Shown: positions 1-12,687, counted from the whole stretch's first letter. The stretch is DNA of 63,982 bases, filler included, from Collodictyon triciliatum (GCA_043381765.1; 5 parts of 5 records of this genome joined end to end with filler, not necessarily neighbours in it); one strand, 5' to 3'. Numbers and translations are program-made. The notes: generated from the letters alone by a model not told the origin.

Positions 1-3000
1 AAAAAAAAAAAAAAAAAAGAGAAAAAAAAAGAGTAAAAAAAAGAGTAAAAAAAGAGTAAAAAAAAAAAAAAAGAGAGTAAAATACCCATCTAGAAAAGTT
101 TGCGTCCTTGAAAGTGATATACTTGACATTATATAAGTTAGTGAGCGAAATGGAATACATCTTACAGTCAAATTGATACATGAAGATACATTTGTGGTGG
201 TATACATACAATTAATTGGGAGTACATCTTCAGTAATATATCAAAATATAGTTCGTTCCTGAGCTTCGCTAATTGAAAGAACAAAGGGAAGGGCTACGAT
301 AAAATGTTAGTATATAAAGACTCGATATATCAGTCCCTTTATCTGTTTGTGGTCACCTCGAAGAACAACCCAGAAAATTGTATTTTGGGAAGGGCCTATG
401 ATAAAAAAAAGTTTCAAATATTTATTTCCTCGGAATAAACGGTTGAAAATGATATGATTTGCTATTCACCCGGGTTCGTGGCTGATTTACATGCTTTGCG
501 ATAATAAGTTCTGAAAAAAGATAGAAATATCTTAGAATGAGAAATGGATACGTTACAAGAGGATGTGAACATAAAAGTTAAACACAGAGCTCACCTAACA
601 GATGCGGCATCACAAGTTTCACTACGATAACGGATCCTTGAAGATAATTTTTTTAAAAGATGCGGGTACAATATATTAATCAGGTTGTTAAATGGATTCA
701 TTAACTCTTATAGTCCATAAACAATAATACTACAAATCTTAAAGAAGTAAATCTTACTTGAATATATTTCTGATAATTCACTATCATTTTGTGTTGTGCA
801 AGCAAATAGAAATCCCATGATCTTAGTATTGAGGCAAAGACCCGATATGACTTGTAAAGAGCTATTTTAATGATAATTTTTTTTCTTAAGAATACCTTTA
901 TATGATTTTACTTTTAAATATTATTTACATGATTTTTTTTTAAAAAAATACTTGAAGAAAGGAGGGTACATAAGCCGCTGCGCGGCTTCAGTTTTGAGCT
1001 GGACACTTCTTGACGATTGATACTAGAACCGGTTGATATGAAATGTAGATGAAAGAGCCTTGTAAATGTAAAATGCATAATATCCGCAATATGTCGAACA
1101 GGAAAATAAAAGCGTGCATTCAAAAAAAAACCAGTGAACATATCAAAATTAAAATAAAACCAATCGGAAGTATGCCTCCACAATCTGTAGAGCTGCGCAA
1201 TTTAAAAAAAAAAGAATTAGATAATTAATGCGTTTTATTGTTTAATATTAAACCTAAAATTTATGCGAAAATGCTGTGCTAAGTCCAATTACTGACCATC
1301 AAGTTTCTCAAAGTCCAGATTCTGCGAATGTACATCCTCTAACAGCTATTTTGGAAGGTAATACAAATAAATGGCCTCCATTTGTATAATTATTATTATT
1401 ACTAATAAAGAGGAGGGAAGTCTCGTAGGAAAAGTTTATACCAATAAGTGTGACATTATGGTGGTAAATTAATTACATCAGACAGAGCAACAAAAGAACT
1501 ATGTTCCATATGGGGTGATACATGTGTCAATAGTAAAGCGACCAGATCCTGGCAAGTCAACCCAGTGATGCCCAAAATATGATTTCCTGGTATATAGATA
1601 TAGGTAGTTTTTTTAAAGAAAAAAACTATTGGCCACACAATATGTTATTCGTTTTTATTATTTACAGTCATTTGAATTAAACCTACGCTTGGATCTGTAC
1701 GATATTTGTATAATTTCCAGAATCTATTTTCAAAGTGACGTATTTTTGGTTTGAAATAAAAAAAACCAAACTCTGCTATTATATATGCTTGTATATATTT
1801 TCTCAAAAAATTGAATAAAATGAGAGTAAAGTTACTAATCATACATATCTAATGTGTTTTTGGGAAGACGATGAGTGTTCAATCGCCAGGCGAATGAGTT
1901 GAGTATGTCCCTCTTGCTCGATCTGTTCTACATCCAGAAAACTAAAGTAGTTTGATAGACCACACCACAGCACTTCATACGGAACATCAAATTTTACCAA
2001 GGGTATTAGAAGTACTTCCTTGTCACTAAAATCGAAAAAAAATTTGACAAATAAAAAAGAAGATTTGCTTAGTTTAAGAAAGAGACAAAGGGTAAAAACA
2101 ATATTTTGATGTCTGGCAAAGATATATTTTCGAAAGTTAAAAACATATAAGATGCTATTTCCACGTATTTATATAAAGAGATATTTGAAAATAAGCTTGG
2201 TAGTCACATTTTCAATGCCACATCTCTTCTATTTGCTGACAACATATCTACAGATATGGAGAACTTATTTAAATTTGATAATGATTTCACTGGACTTAAA
2301 TTATTCGTAAAGTGCGTGATTTTCTTTGATAAGATTGGTAAACACGATTTTCTCACATTTTGCAGCAAGGTCCAGCTTTGGGATGGAGGGAAAAGAGAGT
2401 GCCATAGAATCAAAAGTCTTCAGCAAGCTAATCATGAAAATTCTATCAAAGAGAAATAGAAAAGAAAAGAGTTATCGATGCTCTCGAGACTAATACCATA
2501 CTCATCAAAATTTTTTTCTTGCAGCCAATATACAACCTGACAGATAAATTAGGAGAAAATAGCATGTGTGCCGCCCCCATCGCTAGTTTTTCAGGAATTT
2601 CATCAAAACCGATGTCATGGTATTCGAGAAGATCAGGTATTTTCTATGAAACAATAAAATTATATTTTATAGATAAAAAGTAGAAGGATATATTAAAAAT
2701 GACTAAAGGTATGCTGACGAATACACGCTTGATTCAGACAGATTTTTTTGGCTTCTAGTATCATTGAGATGTTGATATTTTTTCAAACACATTCACAGAG
2801 CAACCGCAGGATATTAACATACTAAATGGAGCAGATTCCATATCCCTTCGTCAGCCAAATATGTAATATCGAGCATAGCCGTAAATATTGGAGCACATCT
2901 ACTAGGAAAAGGCCCCTCTTGCTGGTGAACGTCTTTTTTTTTTGTGTATTTATTTAATTATTGTTTTTGCAGTTTTATTGTTTCATTTTTCTTTTATAGT

Positions 3001-3300
3001 GGCAATACCCATACATGATATATTTCTATATAGATTGAAAATGTTGATTCAGTACTCGCCAATCTATCTTACAATTTCACTAATTTTGCTCGCTTTCATT
3101 CGATTTGTAAAAATATATTAAACATAGGAGATATGCACAAAATGTCGAATAAATCACTCTAATTTACCAAGCTCGCTCAGCCCGCAAATAAGAAGCTCTT
3201 TTGTTGCATACGAAAGGCGATCAAAAATCCCAGCTCGTTCAGGTTGCGTCTTTATTACAAAGTCCTTCCACTTCTCAAACGCGGATGCACTATAAGCATG
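1..3300 (-). CDS. Multi-exon hypothetical protein gene, partial (3' end runs off the window); exon structure unresolved
   Basis: Short coding-like segments bounded by GT/AG on the minus strand: SAFEKWKDFVIKTQPERAGIFDRLSYATKELLICGLSELGKL, KIPDLLEYHDIGFDEIPEKLAMGAAHMLFSP, DKEVLLIPLVKFDVPYEVLWCGLSNYFSFLD. No family recognised. Confidence 0.45.
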
Positions 3301-3851
3301 ATAATACACATGATAATAAAATGAATAATAATTAGAAAAACTAAATGATAGGGATGGTAGTAATAGATATGGAAATACATGTGCGACTGAACCTGGCAAT
3401 TATGAAACCGCATGTAAAAAAAAAAAAAAAAACGAAATGTGTTCAAAAAATGAGGGGTTTCTTTCTTGAAGGGGGTAAGGTTTTTATTTCATAACAGACC
3501 AGCGAAAGCATGAGCAGAAGGTCCCCAGAGACAAATGAATTTGTTTCACAAGCTCTTGATCATCATCGTATGCTGAGGTAAGTTCTTGCCCAGGCGCTGC
3601 AGAGCGGCACCAGAAGTGATCTTCCATAGCCTACATAATAAGATGAGTTACCATAGAAAACATTAATTACTGTAATACCACATTGCCCACCCCACTCCAC
3701 TCCCCGTGCTATACTTGCATTTTTTTTCTTTTCCCTGTTATATATAACCATGAACGACAAGCAACTTATGGAGCCCAACAGTAAACATCAACTATACAGA
3801 GATGTGGCTGGACAGCCGCCAGATACCTCGTAGTAGCATATTACTTACACA

Positions 3852-3958
3852 GTTTGTTTGTTTGTTTGTTTGTTTGTTTGTTTGTTTGTTTGTTTGTTTG
3901 TTTGTTTGTTTGTTTGTTTGTTTGTTTGTTTGTTTGTTTGTTTGTTTGTTTGTTTGTT
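3852..3958. repeat. (TTTG)n microsatellite
   Basis: Direct reading. Confidence 0.95.
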
Positions 3959-4087
3959 GTTACGCCAGAATGTTCGAACCCAGCCGACGCCCAAAATCCA
4001 ATTCCAAATTCCAAATCTGTAATATACCCGAATCTGGAAAAAGCAAGCGGTTGGAAACCGCAATTCCGAGAAGGACTAGATTGGCGC

Positions 4088-4233
4088 CGATGAATGCCTG
4101 CTGACCATACGCAACCTGGGAAAGCTGGGAAAGCCGACGCAGAGAGCGAAAAGGTCACTTGACCACATCCCTTACAACACAGGTTATGCACCGAGACACA
4201 CCGACGATGAATGCCTGCTGGCCATACGCAACC
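4088..4233 (+). repeat. 29-bp direct repeat pair CGATGAATGCCTGCTG(A/G)CCATACGCAACC
   Basis: Copies at 4088-4116 and 4205-4233, one mismatch, 117-bp (in-frame) spacing. Confidence 0.85.
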
Positions 4234-4774
4234 GGAGTACCGCAACCTACTAGTAAGACGGAGCGAGCTCTTTCAAACGAATAGTAAAGGGAAAGAAAAA
4301 GAATCTGGAGCGAGCTCCTATAATGGAGCAAGTTAGAGGCGAAGTAATAGTCCTTTGCTCACGGAGTATGAGCGTGCAAGGCGCAACGAATACAACTCCG
4401 TGACATGGACGACTTAAACGCTCCTAGCCTGCTATTGCAGGGAGATATCAAAACATACGATATTGCAACCCGTAGGACAATACAACAAATATCTTTCATT
4501 TATCTTTGATATTAAAACGACATGTTTAATGAAGAACTAAGTCAAGTCAAACATTCCCTTCAATGAAGTGAATTAAAGCAATTAAATAAATAAACAGTGA
4601 ATAAGTTTTATGTCATTTGATTTGGCCGGAGTATGATTTTGACGGCTTTCATGTTGATAAATGAAGTTTTGAGAAGCTTGAATATGGAATGGCACATTAA
4701 TATAAAAACTATATAGCTCGATTTGAAGGAGCATGAATTTAAGACAAAAGGTCATTCCATCGCGTCCAGTCAGC

Positions 4775-5114
4775 ATGAGCGACGATCAAGTTTCCAAATA
4801 TGAAGCAAAAGTATAACAAAAAAGTGCCTGCAAAATAAGGAGCAAGACGAAGGAAATATTTATAGTGTGGGAGAAAAAAAAAGCGGTCTTGAAAAAGTCA
4901 AGAGGCAAAATGAGACGCCTGAAGAAAGGGAGGTAGACTAGCAAAGATGCGGATTTACGATAGACAAAGACAGCAAAGGGATATACTCCAGCGAAGAGAT
5001 GAAAGGCTCAATGACCAAGCGATTTGCGCAAGGAATCGAAGAGAACAAGAGGCTACCGAAGTAAGGGTTGATAGGCCTCAAGCTTCAGTCATCGACCCAC
5101 GGGTAGCAAGATAA
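4775..5114 (+). pseudogene. Degenerate STPR-repeat ORF resembling a Helitron RepHel N-terminus
   Basis: NETPEERE-[frameshift]-RLAKMRIYDRQRQQRDILQRRDERLNDQAICARNRREQEATEVRVDR resembles ETxEERxxRL STPR repeats. Has in-frame stops and a frameshift. Confidence 0.45.
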
Positions 5115-5879
5115 GCATGATTACAGCGCCCAGTATTATTGCTCTGATTCATTCATCCGTTTTTTCTCTTTCTTTTTTATCTTCTGCCTTTTCTTTCTCT
5201 TCGGTCTCATCCAGCCTGTAAACGGATAAAATTCATTACAAAGGTTGTGACGAACTTGGTTTTATCCTTTTCAAGGTACAACACTTTTCATACAACGAAA
5301 GTGTACCCATATAAAGCATTCAATCGCACAGCCAACCACCGAATTAAATCTGGATTGAGAAAAGCAGGAGCTTTGGTGAATCTTAGAAACAACCTAAATA
5401 ATGTAATAGTATAATTAGTGTGTAATAAGTTTAAAAATACTTTATAATCTCATTCTATTCCTAAGATAAATTCATATTTTATTTTCCATTTATCTGTAAA
5501 TATCATTAAAATTCATAAAATTACAGACAACCCCTTGTCTTGGCCCAGACAGAACCCACCCTATAAACCTGCCACTAAACATACATTTCAAAAAAGCATA
5601 CTATCCACACTTGCGGCGATAATCATGTTGTTTGGAGCCGATATCTTGACTTTCAGTCGCAATGGCCGTATGGCCGTCCTTTCGAACTCGCCGAATCGGC
5701 TCTCAGCGTTTTGTCTCAAATCACTTATAAAAATTTTTTTTGTATGTTTGTTTGCCACAATGCGCACATTTTGAGAGTCTCGGTAGATGTTTAATTTTAC
5801 ATAATTGATTTTGTGCAGTTGTTTTTTTTTTTTTATTCGATGGACTGAAGTTTTATTAAAATTGAAAATTCGGTGGTTT

Positions 5880-7818
5880 TCTAAAGGAAAAAGTAAAACA
5901 AAGACTTTCAGACGAAGAAAAGAAAACGTCTTGAGTCTGAGAATATAAATTCTGTAGAACCACATTATCGAAACATGAAAAACATCTCAAAGTTGATTGT
6001 AAAGAATGCGGATGACTATGACAAAACCAACGATACGGTTTTACTGTGTCATAATTTGGTTACCGACACTTATCTGTTTGCAAGATGTTACATATTGAAA
6101 TCACAACAACTCCCAACAATCGATGAAATGTTTTTTTCGTACGCTTTAAAGACAGTTGGAATAGATCCACAAGATAGACACGCAAGATTAAAAAAAAACT
6201 ACCAGATATAAGTAAAGACATGATGACTTTTTATCTCTATGATTTCCGATTCCTTTTGTCCCGAGAAGAACGCTTTCCGTTGGTTTGACGGTCTCATGTA
6301 TTACCGTACTTGGAGATGCAAATGTTAACAGCTTATCATAATAACACTAAGGAGCATTTTGTAAAGAGGTTACTGCGCTTTATAAACCGAACAGTGACTA
6401 AATATGAGAATGTTACGGAAGCTATTCAAAAGGCAAAGTTACGAAAGTTAAAAAAGCCATCTTCAAGAATATCGAAATATCGGAACAATATAAAGAATGG
6501 GCTAGAATCGCATTTGCATCGTATCATTCCCAGCGATGTTGTAAAAGGTATCGAATATGACGTCAAAGTTAATCCAAGTAAGTACATTCCATGTCTGATT
6601 TACATGAATCGCATTTTTGAGGACATTGGAACCAAACTGTATCAACCAATCTCTATAAGAAATAACAATATACCGCGTCATGTTACTCAAGATACTGCAT
6701 GTTTGATATATCTATTAGTATTAACTGGAAAACATTATTACTGAAGAATATATCAGGATGCAAAGATACCCTATGGGATAACTTCTTTGAAATGAAGAAG
6801 ATGGTCTTTCGTCAAAGAGACTACAATTTTAAATACACGATACAAACAGACGGCTTGGCGGTGTCATTATTGTTTGAAAAGAAAGGTATTTCAAATTCAA
6901 AATTCAAAATTCAAAATTCAAAATTCAAAATTCAAAATACCAATATTATCAAAAAAAAACCTAGAAAATGTTTATATAGATGAGCTTTCTGAAGAGCAGT
7001 TATATTTATTAGCGACAAAAAAATTAGTTTGGGTGGACGCAGGTAAGCCTAATTTGGTTTACATGGTGGACGAGACAGGTAAGAAATTACGTTGCACAGC
7101 GCACCAAAGAAAACATGATAGCGAATCTCTTTAAAGTCACAAAATACTTTTGCGCGAGAAAGAAAGAAAAGTACAATGCTTTCAGGGATATATATGGCAA
7201 CAGATTTACAAAGTGCTATTTCTTTTGGTCACATGACTTTTGAAGAGAATCAGCAGTTTGAGGCATCAAGAGTATCTTCAATCGATTTAGAGATAGAACT
7301 GAGTAAATATAATTCACGCACAGTCGATTATGAAAAAAATTCGAGAATATGTATCTATGAAATCAAGATATCAGATAGAACTTTCCAGATTTTATAAACA
7401 AGTAACTTTTCGAAAGAATGGGATGGAGACAGTAAGTTCATACAAAAAGAAGTGAACAGTTGTTTATGGGCCGAATCGAAAAGACATTTGGCAAGGATGT
7501 TGTACTGACGTGTGGAGACTGGAGTAGAAAATTTCCGATGAAACATTCTAAGCCAACCATCGGAAGAGGGTTACGAAGAATACTATCCAAATGCTTTGAA
7601 ACAGTTAGTGTAGATGAATTTAGAACCTCCACGGTGTATTGTAACTGCGAAAAAGAAACTGGGATATATGAGACTGAAAGGAAACTCAAAAAAAAGTGTA
7701 TAGATGCCTCGTATTTAAAAAATGCAATCGCTTAGAAGGCAAACAAAGTGTATTCTTGGCAAGGGACAATAACAGCGCTTATAATATACTCAACAAAGTT
7801 CCTTTAATCCTTCAATAA
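5880..7818 (+). pseudogene. Fanzor (TnpB-derived RNA-guided endonuclease, Fanzor1-like), frameshifted
   Basis: Consecutive + strand fragments give an N-terminal ...TDTYLFARCYIL...LPTIDEMF, then TAYHNNTKEHFVKRLLRFIN, TIQTDGLAVSLLF, RuvC-I WVDAG (D at 7036), GDWS...PTIGRGLRRILSK, RuvC-II VDEFRTS (E at 7616), a CNC...KKC zinc-finger region, and RuvC-III LARDNNSAYNIL (D at 7765). Confidence 0.88.
6890..6937 (+). repeat. (TTCAAAA)n heptamer expansion inside the Fanzor ORF
   Basis: Direct reading, about 6-7 units. Confidence 0.9.
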
Positions 7819-7842
7819 TGCATACACCTTCCTCTAAAAAAT

Positions 7843-7983
7843 AGGCTGTTGGGTCTTTCTTGGCAGCCTTCACCACTACACAATGTTTGTGAAAAAAAGT
7901 GGTGAGACCTTGGGTACTAACGCACCAGGTTTATCAATCGAAAGATGGTATACCCCCTTCTAGTAGTAGGATAAAATATATGG
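7843..7983 (+). ncRNA. Candidate Fanzor omegaRNA scaffold plus flanking guide
   Basis: Tandem hairpins directly after the Fanzor stop: AGGCTG 7843-48/CAGCCT 7864-69; TCACCACT 7870-77/AGTGGTGA 7898-7905; ACCT 7907-10/AGGT 7927-30; TATCAATC-GAAA-GATGGTA 7932-50. Then CTAG at 7960-63. Confidence 0.55.
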
Positions 7984-8329
7984 AGATTCATGAATAAGGT
8001 GAAGGAGGTGAAGGAAGAGACCAATCAAAAGTGCAGGAATCCAGCGCACACAAACAGCTTGCAACGCAACAAAAAACAAAGGCAAACCAGGATTCCTGCG
8101 TAAACATACCAAAATTAAAAAAATTAAATCTTGAAGCCTGCATCGATTCAAACTGTCGATTTTGGAATTCTGAATCACATTCCCGTGCTCATCCGCCGTC
8201 CTCCCTTCCAACGCGCTCCTTTCCAGAAGAACAGAGACAGGCCTTATTCCGAATTATGTTCTTTTTTCTTCTACTTAACAAGGGCACACTCTTTTGCAAA
8301 TTATCGATTTGATATACTCGTTTCACACA

Positions 8330-8510
8330 TGTTTTGTTTTGTTTTGTTTTGTTTTGTTTTGTTTTGTTTTGTTTTGTTTTGTTTTGTTTTGTTTTGTTTT
8401 GTTTTGTTTTGTTTTGTTTTGTTTTGTTGTTTGTTTGTTTGTTTGTTTGTTTGTTTGTTTGTTTGTTTGTTTGTTTGTTTGTTTGTTTGTTTGTTTGTTT
8501 GTTTGTTTGT
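8330..8510. repeat. (GTTTT)n/(TTTG)n compound microsatellite
   Basis: Direct reading. Confidence 0.95.
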
Positions 8511-8844
8511 GATGTTGTATTATCTATTTATTAATCATACCACCGCAGGAGGAGACAAGTAAAATTCAATCTCATATATTGACCAATACTGCGAGGCAAA
8601 ATAGAATGTTATGGGGTGCTCAGTTGCCCTTGTAGTTTTCTTTGGTTTTCCTGTTGCTCATACTCCTCTAGTTTTTTTTTATGTACACAATTGGTGTGTT
8701 TGGGGTGAGTAGGCCTCATTTCCCTTGTTTCTGGTATATGAGAAAGGAATGCAGCAGATGAAAGACAACACCTCTCAATAGAAAATAAAATAAAATCAGT
8801 TTCCATCAACAAAACCAACCCAAAGGTGATCAGGGCGGGGCTTC

Positions 8845-11261
8845 ATGACGGATTCCTCAGGGGAGCATGAAACAGAGGAGATCCTCATCGAGTTGAGAAA
8901 AGGAACCGGCAACAGACAAGGTTTTTTTTTGGTCCAGGATAAAAAATGTGTCGCTTTATACCTTCAAGGAATACTATTGCTTTGGATTCGATTCTGCTGC
9001 GATATAAATGAGAAAGTTGAAGTTTGCATTCACAGTTTTCCGGGGTTTTTTTTTTATAATCCCAAACATATTCTTATTTAAATGGGCATATATTTTTAAT
9101 CCATGAAATTATCTAATTTCATTTTATCAATCGAAAAATAGCAGCCAGCAGCCCGGCAAATATTGCTCATGTATTTGCGTATACATACAAATTTTCACCC
9201 AATATAGATAGCAGGATTCGCTATATGCAAATAAATTATTAATAAAACGCTTATATTTTCACATAAAGCCTTTTTATCTTTTTTTTTTAAAAAAAATACA
9301 TTTAATATATTAACATAGAAAGATGATATGAGACTCACTCCTTTGTTTCTAGAGTTTGACGTGATACAAAAGGTTTGTAATTGTCATCCATTTTACCATA
9401 AGGTGGTAAAATATCCTTTTTTTTCTCCTTAAAAACTGAAAAATCCCAAGATCAAAGATACAGAGAATGACGCTGAATCGAATGGCTCTATACCTAATGC
9501 AATCCCACCATTGCCCAAGCTAGTTCGTTTTACTTCGAAACATTTATGCAAGCTGCTTCTAGTTACATGACAATATTAACTTCAAATGTTATAGTAATTT
9601 GAAATATATAATTGAAGGTGCAGATGACGCAGTCGAATATGGAATTACGATCTCCAACCCCGGAACAAGGTGTTTTGGGGAAAATGATTTAAACTATATA
9701 CATTTCTCACTTCTATCCATAACGATTTTTTAACTTATATTTTGCATCGTTCAGAATCTTCTCTCTTCTCAGGAATTCTAATTGGACCGAAAAAAATAGT
9801 AAATTTAAACTTCTCAAGGAGAGCACCATCGGTTTGGATTTTTAAATATACTTTTTGTGAATATATAGCTTCACTGGAAAAGTTCTATTTTAAAATATGA
9901 TTTTTAAAAATTAATTTCAAGAGTCAAAGCGCTCAAAATACTCCTGAATCCAAGAAAATTTTATTGAATCAGAGCATAACCGATGAATCTGAGTATGATT
10001 ACTACCCCAATCTTGTCTCAATAATGATTATATTCATCACTCTTTTCAAACAAAATAATATCATCGAGATTTACCCCTCAAATCAATTTTAATTATAGAC
10101 CATCTAAAATGGAAGAGGAAATTCAGATTCATAATGTCGACTCACCAGACATTCTTGTTATAGAGGACACTATCCCTTCAACTCTGATGAACGTGAAGGA
10201 GAGGTATAACCTCACAATTGCTTCCTTCTGAAATATTTCTTTAATTTTAATTTTTTCTCGTTTTTCTATACTAAATTTCCTTAAATTATATTTCTTATTA
10301 CCTAGTTCAAAGGGAGAATCAATCGCATTAGAATATACTGTCATTTCCAAAAGCGACATTACCACATCAACGTTAGAATGTAATTTATGTTTGTTGTATA
10401 AAATAATATAATTTATTGTCTGTTTTTCATTCCATTTCAGACTTCATTTCAAAGAACTCAAGCAGAGTGATATGTTAATTACGTGCGCCTATACTAGCAA
10501 TACCTTTTGTTGATATCCAATCTCAAAATGATGAAGTCGAAAAGGATTACAAGAAGCCACGTAAAAACTGAATACAGAATTTACATCTAGAATCTCTAGT
10601 TAAACTCGATATATATATATATATACAAATGCTCAAATCAATAAAATTGATAACCTTCCATTTCCATTCATATGTACATTGTCCCCAGCACCCGCAAAAG
10701 ACACGGTAAGTCATATTCCTACATAACTAAAGATGAATGCAAAACTATGAGCTCATTCATACCTAAAATAAATATATCACAATTATATCAACTACAGCAG
10801 GAACTATGGGATAATAACAATTCGTCTTCCATAGAATCACGCGCCAAATAAGCCCGAATTCTCTAGATTTATACAAATAAGCTCCAAAGCCCGGAGCTGG
10901 CAGAAGAAAGCATCAAAACAAAGGACCGATGAATCTGATCCGATCAAAAAGGTGAGTTTTTCCAAGAGAAAGTATTAAAGAAATTAAATATGGCAATTAA
11001 CTCTTCTTGGAAATATCTTGGATTGTGCATGGGACATTCATTTCATATTAAGCAAAAGTGTTGACAATTTATGGGATGATAATATTGTTACTTTAAACAT
11101 TCTTAGTATGAAAGATCCCTAAAGCAGATGCTTGAACTTCAGATAAATCGCTCCAAAACAGAAGTGAATATTCGTCTCCATCTTTTCATCCACTTTCCAT
11201 ATTTTCCATTCTTTTCGTTCTTTTCATTGTTTTCAATTTTTACTTTTACTTTTACTTTTGC

Positions 11262-11297
<36 letters not shown>

Positions 11298-11655
11298 ATC
11301 CTAATTAAACCCTATGTATTCATTTGGAATGATGCCAGATACTTTTTACCTAGTCCTAAAAGACGCCCTTTGAAAAGCCTCATCAATAATACTACTGATT
11401 TAGGTTCCATTTGCGCTTCGAATGGATATTTATGAAGAAACATACCCCATCCTGCAAAAGACCGTCGAAGTAAATACCTTCATTAGTTTTGATCTGTCTC
11501 ACTTTTATCACTTTTCTAAAAAAAAAATATAATCATAATTGAATATGTTCAAGATGTACATAGCAGAACTCGGACCTCGGCATCATGTGTCGGTGGCCGC
11601 TATCAGAAGACTGCGGGAAATGGCCAGTATCCTTCGAAGGACATGTGAATATTAG
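8845..11655 (+). CDS. Multi-exon hypothetical protein; last exon weakly TPR-like
   Basis: Starts MTDSSGEHETEEILIELRKGTGNRQ|GT, followed by many small GT-AG exons (e.g. ...SDPIKK|GTGAGT). Last exon AELGPRHHVSVAAIRRLREMASILRRTCEY* has TAG at 11653-55. Confidence 0.45.
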
Positions 11656-12687
11656 CGCGCCGAATCCACTCGGGGCTATTTTCCTTTGATTCATTTCATA
11701 TTCCTTTTTGTTGTACCTATCTGAATAGTATATTCTGCATTGATAATGAGCCTATCCACCAGCAGCTAAGTAATAAGCATTTATCACATCCATACTCAAA
11801 GCATATTCTCCAAACTATATTTTCTATTGATAATTACCTGGTAGCGCAATAAATAAAAAAAAACCTTGTAATGGCGTCATCCTTCACAAGTTAAGCATGT
11901 TACATGGGATTAGACTAAAGGAAGTGATACAATAATACATAAGTCTTGTCAATTGAATTATTGAATAGCATATTCATTCATTCTTCTATTTATTCACACA
12001 CACACAATGACAGTGAAGTGTTTTATTACTAAAGGGAAAATATATGTGTTCTGATGCAAAATTAACGAAGGTGTGATAACAATGTTCTTACATCTTTGAG
12101 ACTAGAACGAACTCATATAGAATGCATAATCTTTCCCTTCGAGATATAAGTATATTCTTGGGGCTTGTATCGCGCTCAATTTTAGTTCACAAGGAACGAT
12201 GAGCCCAATCTACGATTTACCCAGCGAGCAGCTGCAATGACATAGTCAAATGAGAGCCAAGAAACATCCCTGCAGCAGCCCTTTCCTTTTCTTCTTTTTT
12301 TATATGAGGCACAAGTCCGGCGAAGGTTCAATCATTAGGCAACCTTGATGACAACCCCTAAGCACTGTGAAGGACGAGCGAACCGAAACTCGAGACAAAA
12401 AGGGCGAAAAAGAAAAAAAAGAGGAAAAAGAGAAGAAAAATAGGACAAAAATGCCTGCACCAAAAGGAATCACATGTGCAGATAATTGCCGCTTGTTCTC
12501 GAGTCTATTTATATTCTTTTCTATTTTCTCTTCAGCAACACTTATACTTCAACCCCGTCCAATCTTCTGCACAAACCTTTCCAAGCATAACAAATCCACA
12601 CGAAACATCCGCCGCACCAAGAAACAACTCCGAGCCGATCGCAAGAAACATCAGAGTCTTAGAGCCAAAGAAACCCCGCTTTGTCCT

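Larger units (their letters stand above)
4250..7965 (+). mobile_element. Putative decayed Fanzor-carrying transposon, Helitron-like
   Basis: Contains an STPR-like ORF relic, a Fanzor pseudogene, terminal hairpins and a 3' CTAG followed by T. CTAGTA occurs at both proposed ends (4250-4255, 7960-7965). The left boundary is tentative. Confidence 0.5.

Noticed and set aside
4088-4233. CRISPR-like or 5S-rRNA-like repeat
   Set aside because: Only two copies, 88 bp apart, in a eukaryotic context with no cas genes. The resemblance to a 5S 5' end (GGCCATAC) does not extend further.
5880-7818. Stop-codon reassignment or programmed frameshifting to explain the broken Fanzor ORF
   Set aside because: The many breaks are mostly homopolymer indels. 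Host genes end normally in TAA, TAG and TGA, so decay or assembly error is the simpler explanation.
9411-9419. Perfect U12 donor-like ATATCCTTT
   Set aside because: It lies inside an ordinary GT-AG intron (about 9373-9450) that already gives an open frame.
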